A DNA stretch of 64,000 bases, taken from an uncultured Flavobacteriales bacterium (GTDB taxonomy: Bacteria; Bacteroidota; Bacteroidia; CAIKAF01). The stretch is taken from positions 8,037-72,036 of the forward strand of contig CAILUT010000059.1 of assembly GCA_903837495.1 (NCBI GenBank). The letters run 5' to 3'. The position numbers and the translations under genes are program-made. Below are positions 56,504 to 64,000 of this stretch, one piece after another; the first letter of the stretch is position 1; the number at the start of each line of letters is the position of its first letter. Below the pieces are notes generated by a model. The model saw only the letters and a list, made by a program, of their open reading frames with translations, was not told where the DNA came from and did not search any database.

Positions 56504-57808
56504 ATGCAAGTCTCTGTTCTGTTTTTTCTTTTGAGTGGGCTTTTTTTTATGCCCCTTGCCGCACAGGGCGTACTCATTTCACATTCCGGTGGCCAACCCG
56601 ATAGTTCAGCCATTTTAGAATTGGCCGACACCGCACGCGGGTTTTTATTGCCCCGCATGAGCACAGCCCAACGGAACAGCATTCCCAGCCCGGCTGTTGG
56701 ATTGCAGGTGTACAATTCCAGCACTCAATGTTTGGAGGTGTTTATGAGTTCAGGCTGGAGAACGGTATCGTGCAATTGCCAGACCTTTCCCAATGCAAGC
56801 TTTGCCTTTAGTCCAGCAAGTCCAGGATTCGGACAAAATGTGGGTTTTACTCCAGCTCAATCGGGACTTCAATACCAATGGGTTTTCAATTCGGGTTCGC
56901 CCGCTTCTTCTACTTCCTCTAGCCCTTCTGTGGCTTGGTCAGGTGCCGGCACCTATGCGGTAGTACTCCAGGTTACCGACGGAAATGGGTGCAGCAGCGT
57001 GGACAGCCAAAATGTGGTGGTTTCAAATTGCCCAATTGGTACTCAAACCTTTTCGGCAAATGGAAGTTTGGCCAGCGGTAGCATTCAGACCTTTACTGTG
57101 CCTGGCTGCGTTACCTCTATTGTTGTGGAAGCCTGGGGCGCTCAGGGAGGAAGCAGCAGCACGGCAAATGGGGGCCTGGGAGCCTATGCAAAAGGCACTT
57201 TTTCGGTGGTAGGGGGCGAGGTTGTTCGCATTTTGGTTGGCCAGCAGGGTGAAGCCGGCTCCAGCGGTCATGGCAATTGCGGTGGTGGGGGGGGCGGTAG
57301 CTTTGTAACCCGCAACAACAACCAGCCCATGCTGGTTGCTGGTGGAGGCGGGGGAGCCGGTACCGCAAGCAACAGCGCCATTCGAAATCCAGACCCAGGA
57401 CAAACCGGGAACAATGGAACGGCAGGAAAAGGAAACGGGATGGCTGGAGGCACTGCTGGAAATGCGGCACCTTCGGTTTGTCCAAACTGCGGTTCGACCA
57501 ACGGAGCTGGCTTGCTCAGCAACAGCCAGGCTTATGGAGGAGGCTACGGAAGCAGTGCCATTGCATTTGTAAATGGAGGCAATGGTTCTACTTCTGCCAG
57601 TGGTTACGACGGTGGATTTGGGGGCGGTGGCGCTGGGGCCTTTGGTGCCGGAGGTGGCGGAGGCTATTCCGGCGGTGGTTCTGGAAATTACACCGGCACC
57701 ACCGACAACAGCGGCGGGGGCGGCGGAGGTTCTTTCAACGGCGGTTCAAACACAACCATGCAATCGGGAATTCAAAGTGGAAATGGGCAGGTGGTAATCA
57801 CGTGGTAG
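56504..57808 (+). CDS. secreted PKD-domain protein with C-terminal glycine-rich (ALK/LTK-type Gly_rich) domain
   Basis: It has a signal peptide and a conserved Bacteroidota N-terminal module (ILELADTARGFLLPRMSTAQRNSI). Next come a PKD-like repeat (GTYAVVLQVTDGNGC) and a beta/polyglycine region (VVEAWGAQGG, ILVGQQGE, GGGGGGSF, LVAGGGGGAG). Confidence 0.7.
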   Translation: MQVSVLFFLLSGLFFMPLAAQGVLISHSGGQPDSSAILELADTARGFLLPRMSTAQRNSIPSPAVGLQVYNSSTQCLEVFMSSGWRTVSCNCQTFPNASFAFSPASPGFGQNVGFTPAQSGLQYQWVFNSGSPASSTSSSPSVAWSGAGTYAVVLQVTDGNGCSSVDSQNVVVSNCPIGTQTFSANGSLASGSIQTFTVPGCVTSIVVEAWGAQGGSSSTANGGLGAYAKGTFSVVGGEVVRILVGQQGEAGSSGHGNCGGGGGGSFVTRNNNQPMLVAGGGGGAGTASNSAIRNPDPGQTGNNGTAGKGNGMAGGTAGNAAPSVCPNCGSTNGAGLLSNSQAYGGGYGSSAIAFVNGGNGSTSASGYDGGFGGGGAGAFGAGGGGGYSGGGSGNYTGTTDNSGGGGGGSFNGGSNTTMQSGIQSGNGQVVITW

Positions 57809-59033
57809 TTGGTTCGCCAATTTTCCCGAATGCCTTTTTAAGCAATAGTGGGGTGGTTAGGGTGGTAACAATTCCCATTACAACCAAAATCGAAAATACC
57901 TCAGTATTTATAAGGTTATTGCGATACGCAATATTGGCAATAACCAATTCCATAATGCCCCGCGCATTCAATCCAATGCCTAAGGTGAACGAGGTTTTAA
58001 TTGATAATCCTGCCATTCTTCCGCCCAAAAATCCCCCCATTATTTTTGATAGGTAAGAAACAATCAATATTCCAAGCAAAAGACCAACGTTCTTAATCGA
58101 AGTGAAATTAAATTCAAGACCTATTCCTGAGAAAAAAATGGGAGCCAAAAAACCCATGGCCATATTGCTGCTGGTTTTTTCAATGGCATGTAAATTGTTT
58201 TTTCCAATGAGCGATTCGCTGATAAGCATGGAGCCAAAAAAGGCTCCAACAATAAAATGAAGCCCTAAATTTTCGGTGAAGGTTGAAAACAATAAAATAA
58301 AAGCGAAAAACAAGGCGAACAGGGGTTCCTTCCCTTTTAAAAAAGACACCAATTTATCCAAGGATTCTTGAATATAGTTCCCCCTTTTTAACAGTTTTCG
58401 AATCATTAGGTAGGCGAAGCTGAGTAGGACCAAAAAAACAATCAATTTCAACAAGGATACTCCACAGGCTTTAAGAATAGACATTACAGACATGTCCGTA
58501 TCTTTAATGTTGAGCAATACCCCTAAAATAGAAAGGGCAAGAACATCGTCAAAAATGGCAATCGAGATAATTTTTTGACCTACCTCAGAATTAATTTTAC
58601 CCAAATCCATTAAAATACGAATACTCACAGGCAGCGCCGTTATGGCTACGCACAAGCCTATGAAAACACTGGTTATGACATCCTGGTTAAATACATAACC
58701 AATCCCAATTCCCCCAATTATGGGGATGAAAAAGGCCATGATTGAAATGATGATATTCCGACCTCTCAACGATTTTAAAATATCGTCAATATTAATCTCA
58801 AGTCCTGCAATAATGACCAGCAAAAAAATTCCCAGTTCCGAAATTACCTTTATGTCTTCCGTCCTGTGGATTAAATTCAGAATGCTGGGCCCCAAAATGA
58901 TGCCTGCAATAATTTCTCCAATCATGGCAGGTTGCTTGAAGCGCTCAAAAACCTCTCCCAAAATTCTAGCTGTAACCAGTAAAATAAGAAGATTGGTAAA
59001 AAAAGGCAGAACCTGGTGAGTGCTTTCCATCAT
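57798..59033 (-). CDS. cation:proton antiporter (CPA2-like Na+/H+ exchanger family)
   Basis: 411-aa polytopic ORF with a Na_H_Exchanger-type sequence (ARILGEVFERFKQPAMIGEIIAGIILGP). Its 3' end overlaps the convergent gene by 11 nt. Confidence 0.85.
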   Translation of the reverse strand: MMESTHQVLPFFTNLLILLVTARILGEVFERFKQPAMIGEIIAGIILGPSILNLIHRTEDIKVISELGIFLLVIIAGLEINIDDILKSLRGRNIIISIMAFFIPIIGGIGIGYVFNQDVITSVFIGLCVAITALPVSIRILMDLGKINSEVGQKIISIAIFDDVLALSILGVLLNIKDTDMSVMSILKACGVSLLKLIVFLVLLSFAYLMIRKLLKRGNYIQESLDKLVSFLKGKEPLFALFFAFILLFSTFTENLGLHFIVGAFFGSMLISESLIGKNNLHAIEKTSSNMAMGFLAPIFFSGIGLEFNFTSIKNVGLLLGILIVSYLSKIMGGFLGGRMAGLSIKTSFTLGIGLNARGIMELVIANIAYRNNLINTEVFSILVVMGIVTTLTTPLLLKKAFGKIGEPTTT

Positions 59034-59148
59034 CTGCTCAAAATTAGTTAAATTTTAAAGAGCAGCATTTCAAAGCCTTTTAAATAGGTGTTATGAATGG
59101 GTACTCATTTTTAATCCGAATAAAGGATTAAAAGGGCTAGGGCTCGAT

Positions 59149-59655
59149 TTATTTTAGGGTATCTAACTCTTCAAAAATATCGACAATAAAATCCAAACCT
59201 AGATTCGCTTGGCCGGCCCAGCTGTCTTTTTGAATGCTCCGAACCGACGCAACAAGTTCAGGGACTTGTTCAAAGGCATACATTTTGCCCGAACCAGGCA
59301 CTTTTGTTTTCATCATTTGCCCACCAAACAGCAGGGCCAAATAATTCAAATAAATATGGGCATTCGCATCTTCTTGGCTTAGTCTTTTTAGAAAGGCCAC
59401 ATAGGTTTCTGCGGCAAGCACCTGCTTTGGTTCTATGCCCAGTTCCTCTAAATCTGCTTGAATGGATTGGCTGCGCTCAAAATCTGGGTGGGGCAAAGTG
59501 AAGTGCGATTCTAAGGTGGAGAAAATATCCCACTGGGTTTTTAGGTAATTCGCATATTGGGCAGGGCTTAATTCTCCTTTAAACATTTTTTGATTGAAGG
59601 GCATTTTCTCTGCCTTGGCATGCCGTTCGGCAATGGCTTCTTTTAGTGGTATCAT
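59149..59655 (-). CDS. compact heme oxygenase-like protein
   Basis: It has an HO-type proximal-His helix (LKEAIAERHAKAEKMPFNQKMFKGELS) and the distal helix glycine motif (LLFGGQMM). The ATG at 59655 lies 11 nt after the upstream receptor stop. Confidence 0.72.
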   Translation of the reverse strand: MIPLKEAIAERHAKAEKMPFNQKMFKGELSPAQYANYLKTQWDIFSTLESHFTLPHPDFERSQSIQADLEELGIEPKQVLAAETYVAFLKRLSQEDANAHIYLNYLALLFGGQMMKTKVPGSGKMYAFEQVPELVASVRSIQKDSWAGQANLGLDFIVDIFEELDTLK

Positions 59656-59666
59656 AGCATTAAAAA

Positions 59667-62114
59667 TTAAAATGTTGCTTTTAAACCCAACTGAAGATGA
59701 AAAGGCATTCCAGGGCGCCAACCTGCGGGGCGAGCCGCCACCAAATAGGTTGACTGCCCAATGTTTTGTGCTCGAAGCTGGATGGTAATTTCGCGGGTTA
59801 AGAGTACATGGGCCCCGGCATCAAACAACAGCACCGGGTCTATTTGCTCGGCCGGGGCAATCTCGCCCTGTCCTGGCCGTATTTGTGCCGCATTGGCATA
59901 CCGTCCCTGTACGAATATTCTAAATCGAGCATGTTCTAATCCTACGTTTAAGTTGATTTGTTGTTCGGGCAGGTATGGAAAATGGTCTCCGGCCAAGACG
60001 GTTCCCCAATCGCTGTTTCCGCTTACAAACGAACTTAAAAAGCGGGCTTGCATCCAGGTGTAATTTACAGAAAAAGGCAATCCCCAGCGCTTGCTTTTTC
60101 CGAGCAATAGGTCGGTTGAAAAACCTGCTTCAATTCCGAAGCATTCGGCAGCACCTCCATTGTACATGTCGCCTGTTCCACCTCCGCCCCCGGCATTAAA
60201 GTCAGAACCCAGCAGGTTTGAAAAATCGGTAAAAAACCCGGTGATGAACCCATGCATAAATTGCCGGTCAAAACGCCCACCTATTTCATAGTTGATGGAG
60301 GCTTCGGGCTGGGTATTTGGATTGGAACCTGGAGGAGAAAATCCGCGGTGTACCCCTGCAAAAGTTGACCATTGCTCATTGATTTGATACCCCAGGGAGG
60401 CTCCAGGAATCAAAGCAAGCTGGGTGTTGGATTGTTCTATTAAATCGATGCCGCTGCGTGCAGTGTCGTTTTTGCCATAGTTCAGGGTTTGCATTTCTAC
60501 ATATTCAACCCGAATTCCTGGCCTAAAATTGAGTCCTTTCCAAGATAATCTGTATTGGGTATGGCCCGAAATGGCCATAGCCTTATCCAATCGATTGGCA
60601 TCGGTTCCTGGAATTCCCGATTCGGTTTTGTACATATTTCCATTGCGCATGGCATACCAATCGGACCATTGAAAGCGGTCGTGTTCGTCCCAGTGCAAGC
60701 GCAACCCTGTGTTCAGCTCCTGTTTTACCTTTTCTCCCCAATTTAAAATAGAACGGAATTGAATTCCCTGCGAAAGGTAGTTTCGGTTGTTGGCTTTTAC
60801 TTCTAAGGCTTTGTTGTGCGAGTCGGATTCCCCTTTTAAAACGGCTACAGCGGCCGCATTGGATTCCGGGTCGCTTAGGGCTTCATTTAGGCCAATGCTT
60901 GTTCCTAAGCTGTCGTAAAATTTGTCCACCTTATACCAATTTCGCCACAGCTCGGTTCTGTATCCAGTCAGGCTAATTTCCCCTTTTTTATGGGTGTATG
61001 AATAGGTTAAACTGCCCTGCCGTTGGCTGGAATTAATTTGGTCCATTTGACTGCCGGCATACCGTCGGTAGGGAGTAGCTTCTGCATCTTGACGGGTAAG
61101 GCCTAGGTAGGTTTCGTTGGCTTGTTCGTTTACCCCCGCTATTTTGGCGGTCAAAGCATGTTGCTTTCCATTCTTTTCGTTGCTGTTTACCCGAATTTTT
61201 GCCATTAAGTCGTTTCGATTAAAACCCGTATTCCCAGAACCGTCAAGGGTTTTAAATCCGTTGTTGGCTAGGTTGGCCGTTTCAACCACATAGGCTGCAT
61301 TTTTATGTTTGTTTCCAACCCAAGCCTGTCCTTGCCTATGGCCAAAGGTTCCAGCCGAGATGGAGACGTTTCCGCTGAATTCATCGGGAATGGGCGCAGA
61401 AATAAAATTGATTGCTCCACCGCTTGTAAATGGGCCGTACAGCAATTGGCCTGCCCCTTTTAATACTTCAATGCCCTGCATCCGCATCACATTCGGAAAA
61501 AAATAGGCTGCGGGGGCAGAATAGGGGGCGGGTGCCATTAAAATCCCGTCTTCCATGATGGTGATTCGGCTAGACCTTTCAACGCCCGAGCCCCTAAGGC
61601 CTATGTTGGGGCGAAGTCCAAAGCCATCTTCTTCTTGAATGCTGATGCCGGGAATAACCCTTAAGGCACGGTTGGGGTCGGTAGGCGATAACTTTGCCAA
61701 TTCCGCTTGAGAAATAAAAATTCCGGATCCAGGAATCCGGTTTGGATTTGTTAATCGGTCGGCCAGAATCATTGCTTCTTTTAGTCTGGCAGAATTGCTA
61801 TTCATCAATAAATGCAGAGTAAGGGTGTCGCCCAATTCCATTTTTCGGCTTTCGCGCAGGGGTAAATACCCAATGGAGGAGCAAATTATGCGGATATTTC
61901 CAGGCTTATTGTAATTCAATTCAAAAAATCCAAGTGCATTGCTGGCTGTAATTTTTGAACTGCCTTCTAATTGAATGTGTGCCCCTTGAATGGGGGTCTT
62001 TCCATCGGCCTCGGTAATGGTACCTTTAATTAAAAACCCCTGAGCTGCAATGATTTGAGAAAAGAGGCAGACAGCCAAGACCAAAAATGTTCTAAGGGAG
62101 GGGGCAGCGTTCAT
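59667..62114 (-). CDS. TonB-dependent receptor with CarboxypepD_reg-like N-terminal domain (candidate heme/iron receptor)
   Basis: 815-aa ORF with a signal peptide, a CarboxypepD_reg-like domain, a plug (IEVLKGAGQLLYGPFTSGGAINF) and a barrel ending in a C-terminal F. Confidence 0.87.
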   Translation of the reverse strand: MNAAPSLRTFLVLAVCLFSQIIAAQGFLIKGTITEADGKTPIQGAHIQLEGSSKITASNALGFFELNYNKPGNIRIICSSIGYLPLRESRKMELGDTLTLHLLMNSNSARLKEAMILADRLTNPNRIPGSGIFISQAELAKLSPTDPNRALRVIPGISIQEEDGFGLRPNIGLRGSGVERSSRITIMEDGILMAPAPYSAPAAYFFPNVMRMQGIEVLKGAGQLLYGPFTSGGAINFISAPIPDEFSGNVSISAGTFGHRQGQAWVGNKHKNAAYVVETANLANNGFKTLDGSGNTGFNRNDLMAKIRVNSNEKNGKQHALTAKIAGVNEQANETYLGLTRQDAEATPYRRYAGSQMDQINSSQRQGSLTYSYTHKKGEISLTGYRTELWRNWYKVDKFYDSLGTSIGLNEALSDPESNAAAVAVLKGESDSHNKALEVKANNRNYLSQGIQFRSILNWGEKVKQELNTGLRLHWDEHDRFQWSDWYAMRNGNMYKTESGIPGTDANRLDKAMAISGHTQYRLSWKGLNFRPGIRVEYVEMQTLNYGKNDTARSGIDLIEQSNTQLALIPGASLGYQINEQWSTFAGVHRGFSPPGSNPNTQPEASINYEIGGRFDRQFMHGFITGFFTDFSNLLGSDFNAGGGGGTGDMYNGGAAECFGIEAGFSTDLLLGKSKRWGLPFSVNYTWMQARFLSSFVSGNSDWGTVLAGDHFPYLPEQQINLNVGLEHARFRIFVQGRYANAAQIRPGQGEIAPAEQIDPVLLFDAGAHVLLTREITIQLRAQNIGQSTYLVAARPAGWRPGMPFHLQLGLKATF

Positions 62115-62211
62115 TTGTCTTCTTTACAAGGACAAAGAACTTATTTAGAATTATTCTAAACAATCCCGTTTTTGGGGGGATTTTTTTGAGCTATCCCCTT
62201 TTTGGGGGAGC

Positions 62212-64000
62212 TTAATTAAAACGGAGGGTAAACCCGGCCATAAAATTTCGACCTGCCATGGGGTAAACGAAGTTTTCTGTAGTTGTTTCCCCACCAAAAA
62301 GGTAGCTAAAGGTGTATCCATTTGGGGCATACCTGGCGTTCCAAAGGTTAAATAGAGTGCAATGCAAACCCAATTCCAGTCCATTTTTCCAGGAGTGTGT
62401 CCAAAATAGTCCAAGGTCGCTGGAGTAAAAGGCGGGCAGGCTTCGTGAATTTAAACCGCTGTTGTCTAAGAATTGTTGGCTGACGCCTTTGTGTGCCCAT
62501 CGAATTTCGAGGTTTTTGAATGGAATAAAGGTAAGGGTGGCTGCTGCGGTAAAATCGGGCGAAAAGGCAATGGGCGTTGTACCTCGAACAATGGCAATTT
62601 GACCATTGTTGTCGTAATCGTCTAGGTATTCAATAAAATCAAGAATTCGGTTTTGGCTGTAGGTCATATTTCCACTAAACCAGATGAAGGGTTTTGGTTT
62701 TATCATCCATTCCCATTCCAATCCAAGGCGATAGCTTTTTGGGGCGTTTGTTCTGGTGTAAGCTCCCACGTCGTTAATGGCACCTGTAAGCACCAGTTGG
62801 TCGGAGTAGTCCATCCAAAATCCGGTTATTCGGCTCCAGGCTTTTTTGTTTGAAATTCGGTATGCCAGTTCTACATCTCGAAGCACTTCGTGCCGGGGTT
62901 TTTGATTGGGTCCGGTTTCATAATCAACTCGGTTTGGTTCTTTTTGAGCGATTCCAAAAAAAGCCGAAAGTTCATGCATTTGGTGGGGGTTCCAGGTGAT
63001 TCCGCCTCTTGGGTTCAAAAAGTGAAAAACGTCATTAACCTGAAGGTTGGGCTGGTTGTTAAACCCTTGAATGGTGTAATGTACACCTCGGTATTGAACG
63101 TCGGCACTCAGGGCGATTTTAGCGTTTAAGCTGTAGGTAGCTCGAGCAAAGGCATTGTATTCGGTTTTTTCAGCGGGGTGGTCGTAATACTTCAAATTAT
63201 ACCCATTTTCGGGGGCGTATTGTGCCCAGTTCAGGGTTCCAAAATGCTGACCAATGTAATGGTAAAGGCCCAGTCCGCCGGTAAGATTCCAATGGCGTTC
63301 AGCCCAAGCAAGTACGGCATTTCCACCAAAAAAATGGTTGTCGAGCCAAAGTCTTCGGATTAGGTCAGAGGTGTCTCGGAAGTCGCCTAAGGAAGGCAGC
63401 CCATACCTGGGCAGGTAATCTTGAACTTTGTATTGTTCGTAATATCCGCGTCCCCGGGTGTAAAATCCGGCGGCTCTCAGGTTTATATTTTCTTTAAAGC
63501 GATGGGTAAAAAAGAGTTGGTAGTGGTCTTGTTGGTAATTGTCGGTTTCGTTTTCGTAGGGTGTTGATTTTTTTCCGTTGTCGGTTCCGGCGGGGTTAAA
63601 AGAAGGCAAGGAGTCGGCCAAGAGTTGAGGTACCCCGTACCAAGCTTGGTAGGTTTTTTCTATGCCCGAGAAGGCGTGAAAGGCCAGGGCGGATTTTTCG
63701 TTTTGGTAGGCTGTTTTCAGGTAATAGGAGCGCAGGTCGCTGCTGGCCCGGTCGATAAACCCATCGGATTGGATTTTTGAAAGGCGCAGTTCGGCAGAGA
63801 AGCCGGATTTTAAGCGACCGGTTCCGGCTTCGAGGGTATTTCGGAGCGAATTAAAGCTGCCGGCTGAAAAGCGGTAATTTGCGAAAGGGGTTGGAGATTG
63901 TTCAAGGGTATTGAGGTGAATGGCGCCGCCGAAGGAGCCAGCCCCTTGGGTGTTGGTTCCGGCACCGCGTTGAATTTCAATGCTGCTGGCCGAGGAGATT
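62212..64000 (-). CDS. TonB-dependent receptor, 5'-truncated by window edge
   Basis: The reading frame is open from the window end, and the track M at 63621 is an internal TTG. Plug-type sequence (IEIQRGAGTNTQGAGSFGGAIHL) lies upstream, and the barrel has the C-terminal motif FTLRFN. Confidence 0.85.
   Translation of the reverse strand, partial: ISSASSIEIQRGAGTNTQGAGSFGGAIHLNTLEQSPTPFANYRFSAGSFNSLRNTLEAGTGRLKSGFSAELRLSKIQSDGFIDRASSDLRSYYLKTAYQNEKSALAFHAFSGIEKTYQAWYGVPQLLADSLPSFNPAGTDNGKKSTPYENETDNYQQDHYQLFFTHRFKENINLRAAGFYTRGRGYYEQYKVQDYLPRYGLPSLGDFRDTSDLIRRLWLDNHFFGGNAVLAWAERHWNLTGGLGLYHYIGQHFGTLNWAQYAPENGYNLKYYDHPAEKTEYNAFARATYSLNAKIALSADVQYRGVHYTIQGFNNQPNLQVNDVFHFLNPRGGITWNPHQMHELSAFFGIAQKEPNRVDYETGPNQKPRHEVLRDVELAYRISNKKAWSRITGFWMDYSDQLVLTGAINDVGAYTRTNAPKSYRLGLEWEWMIKPKPFIWFSGNMTYSQNRILDFIEYLDDYDNNGQIAIVRGTTPIAFSPDFTAAATLTFIPFKNLEIRWAHKGVSQQFLDNSGLNSRSLPAFYSSDLGLFWTHSWKNGLELGLHCTLFNLWNARYAPNGYTFSYLFGGETTTENFVYPMAGRNFMAGFTLRFN

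Noticed and set aside
56985-58056. A stack of six overlapping ORFs on both strands (74-192 aa) inside and after the glycine-rich gene.
   Set aside because: They are a by-product of GGN-rich, stop-poor DNA. They have low-complexity Gly/Arg/Trp/Pro-rich translations, whereas the 434-aa frame has a signal peptide and recognisable domains.

Overview
The window is a 64-kb chromosomal segment that looks like Bacteroidota. Supporting signs are T9SS C-terminal sorting domains, CarboxypepD_reg-type TonB-dependent receptors, TAnnTTTG promoter boxes, a stand-alone atpD-atpC pair and a coaX/lptC/CNNM cluster. G+C is in the mid-40s % by eye. I support about 50 protein genes, mostly housekeeping: ppk1, ribH, bcp, hutI, metK, apbE, malic enzyme, rpmH, cdd, pepA, pdxA, atpDC, coaX, miaE, several peptidases, envelope/polysaccharide genes and four TonB-dependent receptors. 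There is one tRNA-Phe(GAA). rpmH is shorter than 60 aa and was missed by the ORF track. I saw no rRNA, CRISPR array, transposase, integrase, prophage or recognisable defence genes. The most unusual signal is non-coding. A family of GC-rich elements of about 142 nt occurs in five intergenic copies. The copies share conserved ends and a conserved apical loop, and several helices differ in sequence between copies while staying complementary. I read this as a candidate new structured ncRNA or a non-autonomous repeat. Other points worth a second look: (1) a MerR/B12-binding (LitR/CarH-like) regulator followed by two tandem ECF sigma paralogs with no anti-sigma gene; (2) a 36-codon upstream ORF in that locus that starts with nine consecutive proline codons; (3) a repeated 8-mer in the same locus; (4) two ORF-less gaps, one hairpin-rich and carrying four iteron-like repeats; (5) an NtrC-type regulator with degenerate GAFTGA and Walker B motifs; (6) a PKD plus ALK-type glycine-rich secreted protein; (7) a receptor plus heme-oxygenase module. 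All alignments and pairings were done by eye, without tools.
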